DNA of 63,675 nt, the filler included, from Octopus bimaculoides (taxonomy: Eukaryota): assembly GCF_001194135.2 (NCBI RefSeq). It is 6 parts of 5 records of this genome, joined end to end, with 100 filler letters (N's around TTAATTAATTAA, not from the genome) between each part and the next. Parts side by side here need not be neighbours in the genome. Positions count along the whole stretch, not along the records: positions 6,295 to 27,598 come from NC_069004.1; positions 27,699 to 44,474 come from NC_068991.1; 4 more parts are not named here. One strand, written 5' to 3'. The notes under the pieces are model-generated. The model was not told where the DNA came from, did not search any database, and saw only the letters and a list, made by a program, of their open reading frames with translations. The translations under genes and the position numbers were made by a program. Of the stretch, positions 25,666 through 38,381 are shown piece by piece; position 1 is the stretch's first letter, and every line of letters starts with the position of its first letter.

Positions 25666-25939
25666 TAAATGTGTCTTAAGTGGAACTTTATAGCCTTTTG
25701 AATTTAGTTTATCAAACCCATTGGTGAATTTCTGTCCAGCCACCACCTACATACATACATACATACATACATACATGCATACATACATACATGCATACAT
25801 ACATACATGCATACATACATACATGCATAACATAACAAAGCTCGATACAATTCCAATCTACCACTTCTTCATAAAGCAATGGTCAGCTCGAAACCAGAAA
25901 TCACGTGATCGAAAATGTAATTTCTCAAGCATGCAATTT

Positions 25940-25971
<32 letters not shown>

Positions 25972-26547
25972 TCACGGTATGTCTGAGTATGCGTGTGTGC
26001 ATACATATATGAATATATATGCGTGTGTGTGTGTGTGTGTGCGCGTGTATATATATACATATATATACACACATATATATATATATATGTATGTGTGGTC
26101 CTTCAGTTTTTCTAAGCCCTGCAAAAAGGAACTCGGATGGTTGGGTCTCCAACCAGGCCTTTCACGACACCCTTAAAGCCAAAAGTTTTTCAACACCCCC
26201 TCATATGTAAGACAACGATGAAACGATGACGACAACTACGACGACGATGATAATGATGATGATGATGATGATGATGATGGAGACGACGACGCTGAAGTTG
26301 ATGCTGCCGCTGCCGCTGCTGCTGCTTACTGTTGATGATGAAATAAATAAAACGCTTAGAAATAATTCTGTGATAATAACATAAAAATATATTTAGCTGC
26401 GAGGCTGAATAGAAATCTAATTTAGTTTTAATTTTATTGTTTCCTAACTCCCACCCCACCCCTTCCACCTTCTCCCCCTTAACCAAGTTGTTGTTGTTGT
26501 TGTTGTTGTAATGTATGGAATTACCCCGAATGTGTATTGAGGCTGTT

Positions 26548-26624
26548 TGACGTCAGTGTACGTTTAGTGGTTAACATTAGCCATCGACCGACTGCGTCAG
26601 TTCGGCCTTGCGGAAGTGACGTCA
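26548..26624. promoter_or_regulatory. CRE cluster with overlapping ETS-CRE composite
   Basis: TGACGTCA 26548-26555, TGCGTCA 26593-26599 and GCGGAAGTGACGTCA 26610-26624 in CpG-rich non-repeat sequence. Confidence 0.5.
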
Positions 26625-26730
26625 GATGCTCAGAACTGGCAATTTACCTGCTCCATTTAGCAATGAGTCTAGATTTATATCTATTTTTAAAATCATTTGA
26701 ATTTCGAGAGAGTCTAAGAATAATATCAAA

Positions 26731-26768
<38 letters not shown>

Positions 26769-27263
26769 AACGCATGCACATACATACATACACAAACACA
26801 CAATTATACACATATGAACACACACATGCACACACACATAGACTTATAGACACATCTAAACACACACACACACACACACACACACTTATACTTACTCACA
26901 CATAAACACAGACACGTATATACATATAAACCCCCACACGTTTATATACACAAGTATAAACGCACAGACTTACACACGCAAACACTTACATATAAACGCG
27001 CATACACTTATGCATACACAAACACACAGTTATGCATACATACACACTCACACACACACACACACACCCTTATACCCCCCACCCCCCGCATATACCCATA
27101 TATCAAGGCTTTTGTTTATCGGTCTTTCTACAAATCCCATTGTGAGTTATATTTATTTCTGTTTGAAAACGAAAAACTATATCAACGAGGAAAATGAGGT
27201 TTTTGTTTTTGTTTACTGCGAAATCTCTATAATAAACCACCTATTACATATTTTGGCAATCTG

Positions 27264-27288
27264 TGACGTGGATCGTATCCATGGCAAC
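27264..27288. promoter_or_regulatory. CRE half-site plus RFX X-box (GTATCCATGGCAAC)
   Basis: TGACGT 27264-27269; X-box 27275-27288. Confidence 0.4.
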
Positions 27289-27530
27289 CGGTGTGCGCCA
27301 AGAAATAACACCAACCATCCCCTTCTCTTACTTGAGAATCTATATATAACAGACACCTCTATTTAAAATCTATTTTTACATCGATTTTTCTACCGCACAG
27401 CCATTGTAGCTGAAACCAAAACGATTGTATGCCAAACAGTTTTTGGTTGTTTTTTTTTTTTTTTAAATAGAATTATTTACAAAATATTTTATTAGTATTT
27501 TCACGAGATTTTATTATAGAGACAATTATT

Positions 27531-27598
<68 letters not shown>

Positions 27599-27698
27599 NN
27601 NNNNNNNNNNNNNNNNNNNNNNNNNNNNNNNNNNNNNNNNNNTTAATTAATTAANNNNNNNNNNNNNNNNNNNNNNNNNNNNNNNNNNNNNNNNNNNN

Positions 27699-27730
<32 letters not shown>

Positions 27731-28909
27731 ACGTATATTGTAATCATCTTTCAAATATATAACCACAAGATGTAAATCGGAAGGAGTTGTTTAGACCCTA
27801 TCAAGCAAACTTACAATCAAAGCAACCCAACCACGACCATCACATCCTATTTTTAGTTAATGTTTCCAGGACTACCTTATCTTAAGAGGGTAAAGTATGC
27901 ATTGAGGAGAATTTGGTAGTAATTTCTAGCAGCTCAAACTACTACATAGAGGATAGTTCATTTGTTCATACAAATAGTTGCAGTGGCAGTGATTAATTTA
28001 CTCCAGATAACTCTTCTTAAGTAAATCTATGACACAAAATAGCTAGCCTAACAACTAGCATTAATACTTACAAGGTCAACACCACAGCTATGCTTTTATT
28101 TCAAATTATTATTTGTCCATTATTGGTGTCTGCTTCAACACTTTTGAATGAAAAAACAGCTGTACTGAATTTCATCCTGGAAACAACCTACAACTCCATT
28201 TTTTATTTACTTTTTTTTCTTCGTGTTTTGGTCCAAAGAAAGTTGCTGTAATTAAGGTCTTCATTTAAACTATGTCAGTACAGATGAATCAGTGGCTTTC
28301 CTTTCTTGTCTGACATGTAATCTTTCCTTAAAACTCGTAATTCAATTAATTTTTTTTTATTATCTAAGAACATTTTGTCGATGTTAAATATGATCCCAGA
28401 CTGATAACTGGACCATTGTTGGACTAGTGGTTGTGAGATTTCTTGCTGAAGATAAATAAGAATGTTTCAAGTATTTAACTGGGTAGTCTACTTACAATGG
28501 TGAGACTTTTCCCATGAAGCACAAACAAATCTGTTCAGTGAAGCAGTATTCAGTGTTCTCTTTAAATAAGAATCATAATGAAACTTAATATCAGAAGGAA
28601 ATAAATATCTTACTCAGATAACACTGGTTAACTAGTGACCAAAAGGAACAAATAAATTATACCTAAGTTGACAATATCTGCAGATAGAATCAAAGTTTTG
28701 ATATAAGAATTATTTATAAATTAGTTAGTAAAGATAAGATTCATATTTCCTAAATAGAGATAAATGTTTGAGTGAGTGTTGGATATCTTCATATAAGGAA
28801 TGTTTAAGAGAACAGGATTGTTGTATACTACTTGGCATAGGACTTTACAGAGATGACACAGTAGAGCAGAATGACAAGATAATGAACAGGCAGTTGAGGT
28901 AATATATTT

Positions 28910-29230
28910 TGACTGGGCCTGACCGGCCACTATCAGTTTGTGCCAGTCACTGTCGATACATCAGGTGTTCTCAAATCCTGCAAAACCAATTTCCTCCGCA
29001 AAATTAGGATAACCGTAGCCCATCTGAAAAATGAGTCCTGCAAGGTGGAGTAGCTGCTGCAATGAGTATCGGCGGCCATTCTCTCTGGCAATGCCATTGT
29101 GGTCATTACCATGGGGTGCAGGTGAGCAACCCATTTATTCTGGGGGTGTGGACCATCACCCCTCTCCCTCCGACTTCTGCTGCTTCTCCCCACTGCTTTT
29201 TTCATTCTTTTCCCTTTTTATCTTCCGTTT
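28910..29230 (+). mobile_element. CRE-clade-like non-LTR retrotransposon 3' end (RLE C-terminus)
   Basis: GLTGHYQFVPVTVDTSGVL....FLRKI...AHLKNE..VE*LLQ*VSAAILSGNAIVV, matching YxFxPxAVETSGV...WLxQRxSxAxxRGNA; pyrimidine-rich 3' end. Confidence 0.7.
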
Positions 29231-30366
29231 TTTTTCTGTTCCTTTGTATTTAATTGTTATATTTTAAAATGTGAACTGTTGTTGTATAATTGACTTTAAA
29301 TAATTACAACAAACATTGGGAAATACTTGTGTTAATACATGCACAAATAGATTAATCCATACATAGAAAAGTTTAACCATAAAAACTGAGAATCAATAAA
29401 GTAGAAATATTGTAGATCGTTTGGTGTAAATGGTTTATTTCTTCTTAAAAAAACATTGTATTTGCTAAGTAGCACTGGTACACACATTTTGTCTAGAACT
29501 ATGGTTTGGAGATAGCCTGGAAATACTCTATAGGGGGTGTATCTTAAGATAAGCCATAAGTTTGAACTGAAACCAATCAGTATACTGCTATGCAATTTTG
29601 TTTTCTTTAACAAGTCAATCAGAAGAGGAAGGGCTGTGCTCTTGATTATTGCAAGCTATCAGTGTCACCAGCTGGTGACACCGATGCAGTCAATGTGACA
29701 TTTAACCCTTTAGCATTTAAAATGACCATATCTGGCTCATATGTTCTACATGTTTTGCGTTCAAACCAGGCATATTCAGTCTCTTACTCCTACCATAAAA
29801 TATCATTAAAAAAATATGCAATCATATCACTGAAACCTTGAAGTTACAAGAGAAGGTATGGTTAATACAAAGCAATTTCAATAAGCATAATGTTTGACTG
29901 AGTAATTTGAATGCTAAAGGGTTAAACATCCATTGACCAATGTCAGCAGGAAAAATGAGGACAGAGAGAATTCTAGGTTACAATTCTGAAGGGGAAGGAA
30001 TGGGTGAAGTATTTTGTGAAGGTCTGGGAGGTGAGAAACAGTAAGGAAAGAGTAGAAATGGATGGAGAGATTACACAACAAGCCAGTTCAAAAGAGAAGT
30101 TGTTGTAGTTGTGATAAAAGCAGAGAGAGTAAACATTGCAACTGTGAGCTAGTGAACTGACCAGGATTAGCCTGAAAGAGAAATTCTAGTCTTTGTGATG
30201 CAGTTTTCACATAGTATTCATATATATGTGGTTTGCATCTGAAGAACATGTTTCAGTATTTCTCAACATATGAAATTATTAGTAGCACTTACACATGTAT
30301 TGTGTCCTTTAAATAAATATTTATCTCTCACCAGATGGAGTACTTTTTTTTGTTGANNNNNNNNNN

Positions 30367-30422
30367 TCCAACCCATGCTAGCATGGAAAGCGGACGTTAA
30401 ACGATGATGATGATGATGATGA
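30367..30422 (+). mobile_element. RTE-type 3' tail with (GAT)n
   Basis: ccaacccatgctagcatggaaagcggacgttaaacgatgatgat; related tails at 32680, 37083(-), 38070 and 39210(-). Confidence 0.7.
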
Positions 30423-31059
30423 TATATGGGAATACCAAAGAGATTATATGGGAATACAGAAACATAATGAAGATCAGAATTTGTAGTAACTTTGAAGTTT
30501 TACTTGTGTGTTGTTCATGACTATGGCAAGAGGTACAATTCTATTTCTTTGATATGTGTAGAGATTGTACCTTTGTTCTGTTGAAAGAGACCAGGTTGTT
30601 ATGTTGCTTAGCTGCAGGTAAGCTCTGATCAAACAGACCTTTGATCATGGGCATTCAAACCACGAGCTTCTTGTCTTTCTCTTAGCAATAGTATATGGTG
30701 TTTGAAGGAGATTTGACTGTTATATATCTAACAAATTGACTAACCATGTAGAGACTCTCTTATTGGTTCATGAAGTAGTTAATTATATAGTGGATATAGT
30801 GAGGTATTAGAGTGCAATTACACCCTTTTTGCTTTCAAGGCCCTCATGGTAACTGTATTAGAAACAGATAAGGAAGACTAAATCAGTGCATGACAGCTTT
30901 GATTTTAAAAGAAAATTTATTAGATATGATTAGCAACCTAGAACAGAGTTCTGATGTTGACAAGCAAGCAACAAACTCAGCAGCTCTTTCTGTACGCGTG
31001 TTAAGAACTATCAACTGTTATCAATGGATTATAATTTTACAAATTGTCAACAAAACAGG

Positions 31060-31158
31060 GACAGGCGTGGCTATGTGGTAAGAAGCTTGCTTCCCAGCCA
31101 CATAGTTCCAAGTTTTATCGCACTGTGTAGCACCTTGGGCAACTGCCTTCTACTACAG
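31060..31158 (+). mobile_element. SINE family A head fragment
   Basis: ggcgtggctatgtggtaagaagcttgcttccc...gcaccttgggcaa. Confidence 0.7.
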
Positions 31159-31369
31159 AATGTCAGCCCACTTCAATTTCTATTTTGCCCAGTTTTTTTC
31201 TTGAAGCTATTCAAGAGGAACATTTAACCATGTTGATCTCATTTGTCTTGGAAAGCCTGTGAAAGTCATGGTGGGCACCCTTTCTGTCAAACCAGAAAAA
31301 AAAAAAAAAGAGAAAAAAAACCGAAATGTCATGATTTATCTCCTCCTGTGGGAATTAGGTTAATGACAA

Positions 31370-31497
31370 GATGAAGTGGGATGAAGTGGTAAGGACCGAT
31401 CTCAGAAAGTTGGTCCTCACAGAGGAAATGACAATGGACCAAATACAGGCAATATGAAGTTGTTGAGAAGACCTGTGTCCCACCCACACTTAAGAAA
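31370..31497 (+). mobile_element. RTE LINE ORF C-terminal fragment
   Basis: KWDEVVRTDLRKLVLTEEMTMD...LLRRP; typical WDEVVRxDLRxLGLTEEMTxDR RTE end. Confidence 0.65.
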
Positions 31498-31639
31498 NNN
31501 NNNNNNNNNNNNNNNNNNNNNNNNNNNNNNNNNNNNNNNNNNNNNNNNNNNNNNNNNNNNNNNNNNNNNNNNNNNNNNNNNNNNNNNNNNNNNNNNNNNN
31601 NNNNNNNNNNNNNNNNNNNNTTCTACCACAACAAACTAA

Positions 31640-32040
31640 ACTATGTCTCTACATCTCTTCTCTTCCTCACATTTCCGCTTCATGTACTATGATTACCTCC
31701 CACACCCCAATCCTGTCCTCTTGGCCCTGTGCCACTGTATCATTGCTCTCTGCTTGCCCCCGACCTGTGCGCTCTACCCATATGCCCTGCCTCACTCTAT
31801 TATTGCTATCTGCTAGCCCCCAACCTGGGTGTTCCATCTACACATAACAAGAAAACTTTTCCCTCACCCTACTCCAACAAACCAATCTACATCTCTTCTC
31901 TTTCTCACATTTCCTCCTTCATACGCTATGCCTAGCTCTCACTCTCCAATCCTGTCCTCACACCCCTGTTCCTCAGTATCATCGCTATCTCATAGCCTCT
32001 CCAACTCTATATATACCCAGGTCTTTCACCACTTACTTAC
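31640..32040. repeat. Degenerate C/T-rich tandem repeat, ~240-bp period
   Basis: ctacatctcttctct.tctcacatttcc...ccaatcctgtcctc occurs at ~31648 and ~31887. Confidence 0.55.
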
Positions 32041-32454
32041 ACTCTTTAATCACACTTCCTTTGCAATATCCTGCCACTTATGTTATGGCATTTGAACCTC
32101 AAGGCACTTGCCATCATCTATATCTCTCTCTTCTTTTACTCAACCATCTCATTTATATTCTGATCCCCCTTCCTTGTGAGCATGCCTGGCATTCTGCCAC
32201 CATCTCTATCCTGCTGTCTTCCACTCTCTTTCCTTTTCCTGCACTTCTCTCAGGTCGGGTAATTGTGTATTGTCTTTGTGGTAGCACACCTGTTCCTGTC
32301 TTCATTCATGATCTTTCTCTCTCCGGCTGGGTAACTTTGTACTTTCTCTTCTGCGAGACACCTGTATCTGTCTCACTATAACCTTTCCATCTCCTCCAAA
32401 GCCACCTCCCTTCTTAAAAGTTTTTTTCTTTTTATGTCTTGCAAGTATTTGGTG

Positions 32455-32730
32455 ATCCTGTTAGTGCAGGTGCCACTTAAAAGCACCCAGTCCATACCGT
32501 AAAAACCTTGCCAAAACTGATTTTTCCTGTGCTTGTGCCATGTAAAAAGCACTNNNNNNNNNNCTGTGCTTGTGCCATGTAAAAAGCACTAAGTCCACTC
32601 TGCTGAGTGGTTGGTGTTAGGAAGGGCACCCAGCTGTAAAAATCCTGCCAAAACAATCACTAGCTGGCTCGTGGTACCATCCCACCCATGTTAGCATGGA
32701 AAACAGATGTTAAATGATGATGACGATGAT
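32455..32730 (+). mobile_element. RTE 3'UTR with gtgccatgtaaaaagcac subrepeats and (GAT)n tail
   Basis: Subrepeats plus ...ggaagggcacccagctgtaaaaa...cccatgttagcatggaaaacagatgttaaatgatgat. Confidence 0.65.
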
Positions 32731-33178
32731 ATATAGATATACACCAGTATTATTTGTGCTGGTGATGACAGTTCAAAGGTCTATACAACACAAGACTGAA
32801 CATTGATTTTATACCAGCGTTCTTTTTTTAAATAATCACTACATTTGATCATACACATTGTTTATTTCAACAGGATAAGTTTTAAGGTCATCATGAGCCA
32901 ATATAGCCTCATTGAAATTAGGTTACTTGCTGGTCCTTCTCTCTCTCTTATTATTATTATAGTATAGATTACTGTACCTAGTGGTAATACAAACTAAATT
33001 TTTCAAAATCATGATTATTTTTAATCTCTGCTCAATTTCCCATTGGTGGTATGTGCATATTAGATGCAAAGAAGATTTGTTTGTAGGTTTTTTTTGGGGG
33101 GAAAAACTGCATCCAGTAACTATCTCCAGTATTTTGTTGAGTGCTGGGTTCTTTGAGGCATGTTATTAAAACCCTAAG

Positions 33179-33651
33179 ATGCCACCCAAATGCTCTACAC
33201 CTTCTAAGGCTTCTGGCAGTGAACCTAAGCGCCAGAAAAGGTTATGATGCTCCATGAGAGGGCACAACTGCTAGCAATCGAACATCTTTCAGACCTTTTA
33301 AGGACAGTAAAGGAATTGCAAGGGAATGTAAAAGTTATGCTGCAATAGGTCGCTATTATGTTGTCAACGAAAGCACCATACGCTACATAAAGAAGAACGA
33401 GGTGATGGTCAGGACTACTGTAACAGTAAGTTTCTGTGAACGTGCCAAAAAGATAACAATAGTGAGAAATAAGTACTCCGTCAGGATGGAATCTGCCTTG
33501 GCATTGTGGATTAGTGACTGCAAGAAAAAAACATAATCATGAGTGGTAACAACATCCACGAGAAAGCCCAGAAATTATACCAGCAGTTTGACAGAGGAGA
33601 TGAAGCAGAAGGCACTGAAGAATTGCAACCAAGACCTTTATAGATGGGAAA
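33179..33651 (+). mobile_element. Tigger/pogo (TIGD-like) transposase 5' fragment with CENP-B-type HTH
   Basis: MPPKCSTPSKASGSEPKRQK / KSYAAIGRYYVVNESTIRYIKKNE...MESALALWISDCKKK / IHEKAQKLYQQF, frameshifted. Confidence 0.85.
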
Positions 33652-34057
33652 CCTAAGGTAATCCCAAAAACCAGCCTTCCCCACTTTTAATATATATATA
33701 TATATATAGTTAGATTATATTCTGTTAAGAACATAGTAGAGTACAGTATAACACTCAACCACCTTCAGATTTCAACCAGTGCTATCCAATAGTAGTATTA
33801 TACATATTACCAGATTTGCATTGGGGCTTCTGTAATGTGTGAATGGATAATTGAATAAGTTGGAGCCAACAAGGAGTACAGAGGAACATTTATTTGTAAT
33901 CACTACAATTGTTTCCATGAAATGTAGTTCACCAGGTTCACAGGTATTTGGTTATGCAATTGCTTCCCTCCATTATGAGATCTAGTTATATTTCCTCGGA
34001 TGATCTATAAATATTGTTTCTGTAAACTCAAATTCTTGGCTTCAAGTGTATCCTTTC

Positions 34058-34109
<52 letters not shown>

Positions 34110-34137
34110 TGTATAAAAGTGATATTTCCACTCATAG

Positions 34138-34354
34138 GATTATAACTAGCAGAATTGTTAGCATGCTGGATGGAATGCTTAACGGTATTTCACCCATCGC
34201 TACGTTCTGAGTTCAAATTCCATCGAGGTCAACTTTGCCTTTCATCCTTTCAGAGTCAATAAAGTAAGTACCAGAGAAAGACTGGGGTTGATGTATTTGA
34301 CCAGTCCTCTCCCCACAAATTTTAGGTCTTGTGCCTATAGTAGAAAGGATTATT
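34138..34354 (+). mobile_element. SINE family B, CpG-decayed
   Basis: Colinear with family B; many CG to TG/CA changes. Confidence 0.8.
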
Positions 34355-37159
34355 GTGTTCAACATTTGATGCTTGCAACAAGAAATAATCCCAAGAATAA
34401 AATTAATTAACTGCTAAGATATTCAATGATATAACATACTCTTTACCACAATATCCACCACATCATCAACCAGAAGGAAAAATGTGAAGCATGGCTTTAG
34501 ACTGGATGGAAATAGAATGTATTCAGAAAACAGGATCTGTGTGTACTTCATGCCTTGGGTTAGCTCAAGCTGAGATGATTAGAGCTACTACACAACAACA
34601 AATATTAACCTGGTAATAACAACAACTGTGCATGAGTGTGTGTGTGTGTCTTGACACATCAGAGTAGTTTATAATTTCTTTCCACATCTTATTTTTAGCT
34701 TTATAATGCTTAATTAGATCACAGCATGTATAAAAATAATTATATGTTTGGAGTTATTTTTATGGCTTCCATATACTGCCACCAACACTGTATCTGCTAC
34801 TATATGTTCAATCTTTTTCAAACATCCCAGGATGACAGAATTAAACATAATTTTGTTTTTTTTTCAACCAACCATGAATGGACTTGGCTCATAGACTTAA
34901 TCTACTACCCAGACCTGGCTGGTCTCATGCTATCCCCACTCAAGTATCCCTTACTCATTTGTCAACCCTCATCATCATCAGCACCATGTTGCAATGCAAC
35001 AGTCTGGACGTGTACTGAGTTTGTTTCCAGCTTACTTTGATATGTGAAGATGGATGACTGAATTGTTAGGGTATTAACCAACAATCTAATGATTGGAAAT
35101 AACTTGTCTGTCCATATAACTCTGAATCTATACCATCATTACTATCATTATCACCATTTTATGTCCATTTGCCATGCTGGTACAAGTTGAATGAGTTTCA
35201 AATTTTCACCATTCATCCTGATCCATCATCATCTGGTATGTACAGCATGGTTTTTATGGTTACATGCTCTTTGTATTACAAACAGCCTTTATAGCATAGA
35301 CTGGGTGATTTTTATCATGCCACCAAGTTCAGAGAAGTTGTCATGGACAAAATAAAGGAATTCCACAACAGCTATATCTTCTCTGTTTTGTGGTATAATT
35401 CACAGCTAACAGTGACAGCAATGTGGGACTGACAAATATTTTGTTGGCTTGTAACATATTGAGTTCTAATGTTGCTGGCATAAAAGTTGCCTGCAACAAA
35501 CTTATCTCTTAAACAGAAAAAGGTTTACTTTTCATCTGCTTAATGCTAAGCAAACTAGGCTCAGGACCAGCATTTAGGATGATTGTAAGTGAGGAAGAAC
35601 TAATAACAGTCTTGGTAGTCATTGTAATGGAACTAGGTGAGACATAGTAAGGTAATGTGTGTTAAGTTTCAATTCCTCAAGATACATATTACCAGATTTA
35701 CATTGGGGCTTCTGTAATGTGTGAATGGATAATTGAATAAGTTGATAACCCAGTACAGTGCCATGATAAAAAAAGATGTGCAATAACTGGATTTAGAATG
35801 AGGTTAGTTACAGATGCTAGATGGTTGAATAATTTAGAATGAGGTTAGTTACAGATGTTAGATGGTTGCAATCACAAGGTCCCAGGATGAATTTTATTGT
35901 GACGTCTCGGGCAAGTGTATTTTATCAAAGCCTAAAGTGAGCCCAAACCTTTTGAGTGAAATACGTAGAGAGAAATCATGTGGAAGTCAGCTAGATGGAT
36001 TGTACTAGTAACTTAAAGGTCCAGCCTTGTGATACTGCATTACATGGATTCTGCCTGAGAATTACATAAGGAGTAAGCATGTCTATTGAATATTCAGAAA
36101 CTTACATTCTGATCCAACAAGCACATAGTTTAGTTGATTAGAACAACCAATGGACATCCATTACTTAATTAGTTGAAGTTAAATTATGATGCATAGCTAA
36201 TGAATTTTGAGACTTGTTGAATATGTCATTAGGATTTCCTTATCAGATCACCAGTAAATATCACTAACTGAAAGCAATAGACAAAAACATTTCACCTGAA
36301 AACTGTAGCCTGTGACCTAATTTCCTGTGACAAGTCAAGCAATGAAAAGTACAAAAGTAATTTCCTGCCATCGCATCGCAACTCGAAATTTTCATGAATG
36401 AACAGGCTTCATAAAAGCCAGTATTTTTACCTCATACTTAATAATGCTAAATAAAGTTGAGTTAAAATGGGTATTAAACAAAGAAAGATAAAATGCCAAG
36501 TCACATCTTTTCTCCGCAGCCATGCAAACTAAAGCGCACAGAATTAGTTGTCCTTGTCATAGACAGTGAAACACCTGCTGCAAACATCAAAATCCTCTGT
36601 GCCATAAGTTAGTTCAATCTATGCACAGAGCTAAATCTGTGTGTGTGTGCGAGCGCATATATGCGTGTATGATGCTTTATTTTTAATCAGAAGAAAGTTT
36701 ACTGATTAATAATGAAGTGTGAACACTCATGATTTTGTTTCTCCAGGTTGTTCTACCAAACCTATATATGTATGTGAGTGCATATGTATGTATGCATGCA
36801 TGCATGATGTGTGTGTGTGTGTGTGTGTGTGTGTTTCTTTTAATAGTAGCCTGGTGACAGCTTTGTTAAAGGAGATTTATTTTTATAATTGGAAGCTTTT
36901 CCAACTACTAAATGATCAAACATCCCCTGAGAAAACTGAGGCAACAAGAGTTATGTCTTGGCCACATANNNNNNNNNNATATATATATATATAGGCTTGT
37001 ATCTTTGGTGTAAAGAACTATTAAAAACAAAATTATAAATGGCTATGACTTGAACATATAATTTGTAATAAATATTTTATGCACATCATCATCATCATTT
37101 AACGTCTGTTGTCCATGCTATGTATGTGTATGCATGTACCTACATACGTACATGTGTGT

Positions 37160-37393
37160 TATTTCTTTACTACCCACAAGGGGCTACACACAGACGGGAC
37201 AAACAAGGACAGACAAACAGATTAAGTCGATTATACCGACCCCAGTGCATAACTGGTACTTATTTAATCGACCCCGAAAGGATGAAAGGCAAAGTCGACC
37301 TCGGCGGAATTTGAACTCAGAACGTAGCGGCAGACGAAATACCGCTAAGCATTTCGCCCAGCGTGCTAACGTTTCTGCCAGCTCGCCGCCTTA
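37160..37393 (-). mobile_element. SINE family B, young copy with gtagcccc-tgtggg tail
   Basis: CpG-retaining full head, body and tail. Confidence 0.9.
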
Positions 37394-37756
37394 AGATGTG
37401 TAATAACTGGATTTAGAATGAGGTTAGTTACATGTGTGTGTGTATGAATACATATATTTATATATCTGGAATAGTTTGCTACATTAGACATATGTAGAAA
37501 GAGCTAGAATCTATAAAAGCTGAAAGTTATACCGAGAAAAATTATCTGAAGTAGGTGGAGATTTAAAGTTCAATGAAAAAAAAATAGATGTATACAGATA
37601 TCTTTAACTTGAGGGTGATAGAATTGTAAACTCAGTGTAGCAAAATTAATAATGTGATGGTAGTTCAAGTTTCATCAGTTGGTCTATTGTCCATTTACAA
37701 TCTCAAATTCGTGGTTAACATGGGTATATTTACAGAAGAATTTTACCATGTTACTA

Positions 37757-38120
37757 CATGGCACCTTGGGCAAGTGTCTTCCACTAAAGAGCCTGGCCAA
37801 CCAATGCCTTGTGAGTAGATTTGGTAGATGGAAACTGAAACAAGCTCGTCATATATATGTGTATATGCATGTGTTAATGTGTGTGTATTCATTGCCTTCT
37901 TGCCTTGATATTGTATGATAGTTGCTAACGAGTGCCTCTGTCCTTTGTTTCCAATCTTCCATGGAAACATGTCTAGCCACTGGGAAATATTATCTTACTT
38001 GGAAGCAGGTGAGGGTTAGTGACAGGAAGGGCATTCAGCTGTAGAAAATTTGCCTTGACAAATTCTATCCAGCCCATGTGAACATGGGAAAGTAGACGTT
38101 AAAATAATGACAATGATGAT
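37757..38120 (+). mobile_element. SINE with family A 5' body and RTE-type tail
   Basis: gcaccttgggcaagtgtctt...gaaactgaaa, then gggttagtgacaggaagggcattcagctgtagaaaa...gacgttaaaataatgac. Confidence 0.7.
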
Positions 38121-38381
38121 ATTGAGTAAATCAAAGCAAAAAAATTAAATAAAAATATTGACTGGACTTAGTATTTATATGTGAATATGAATTAATATTT
38201 ACCATTATCATAGTTTTAATGGTTAGTTTTCCATGCTTGCACAGAGCAGACAGAATTCATTGAGATAGATTTTCTACAACCAAATGCCCTTCCTGTTGCT
38301 AACTCACACCTGTTTCCAAGCAAGGTAATACAGGATGTTCAGACTAAATTTGACAGTTTGAAAGGAAAAGAAAACACAATA

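Noticed and set aside
26190-26486. Poly-Q/poly-H protein ORF
   Set aside because: Explained by a compound (GAT)/(GCT)/(GAC) microsatellite; the flanking sequence is non-coding-like.
28851-28898. 48-nt exon DDTVEQNDKIMNRQL
   Set aside because: It abuts the CRE-like element and may be part of it; no independent support.
28955-29131. Minus strand 58-aa ORF (MGCSPAPHGNDH...GFENT)
   Set aside because: Antisense shadow of the CRE-like RLE coding sequence.
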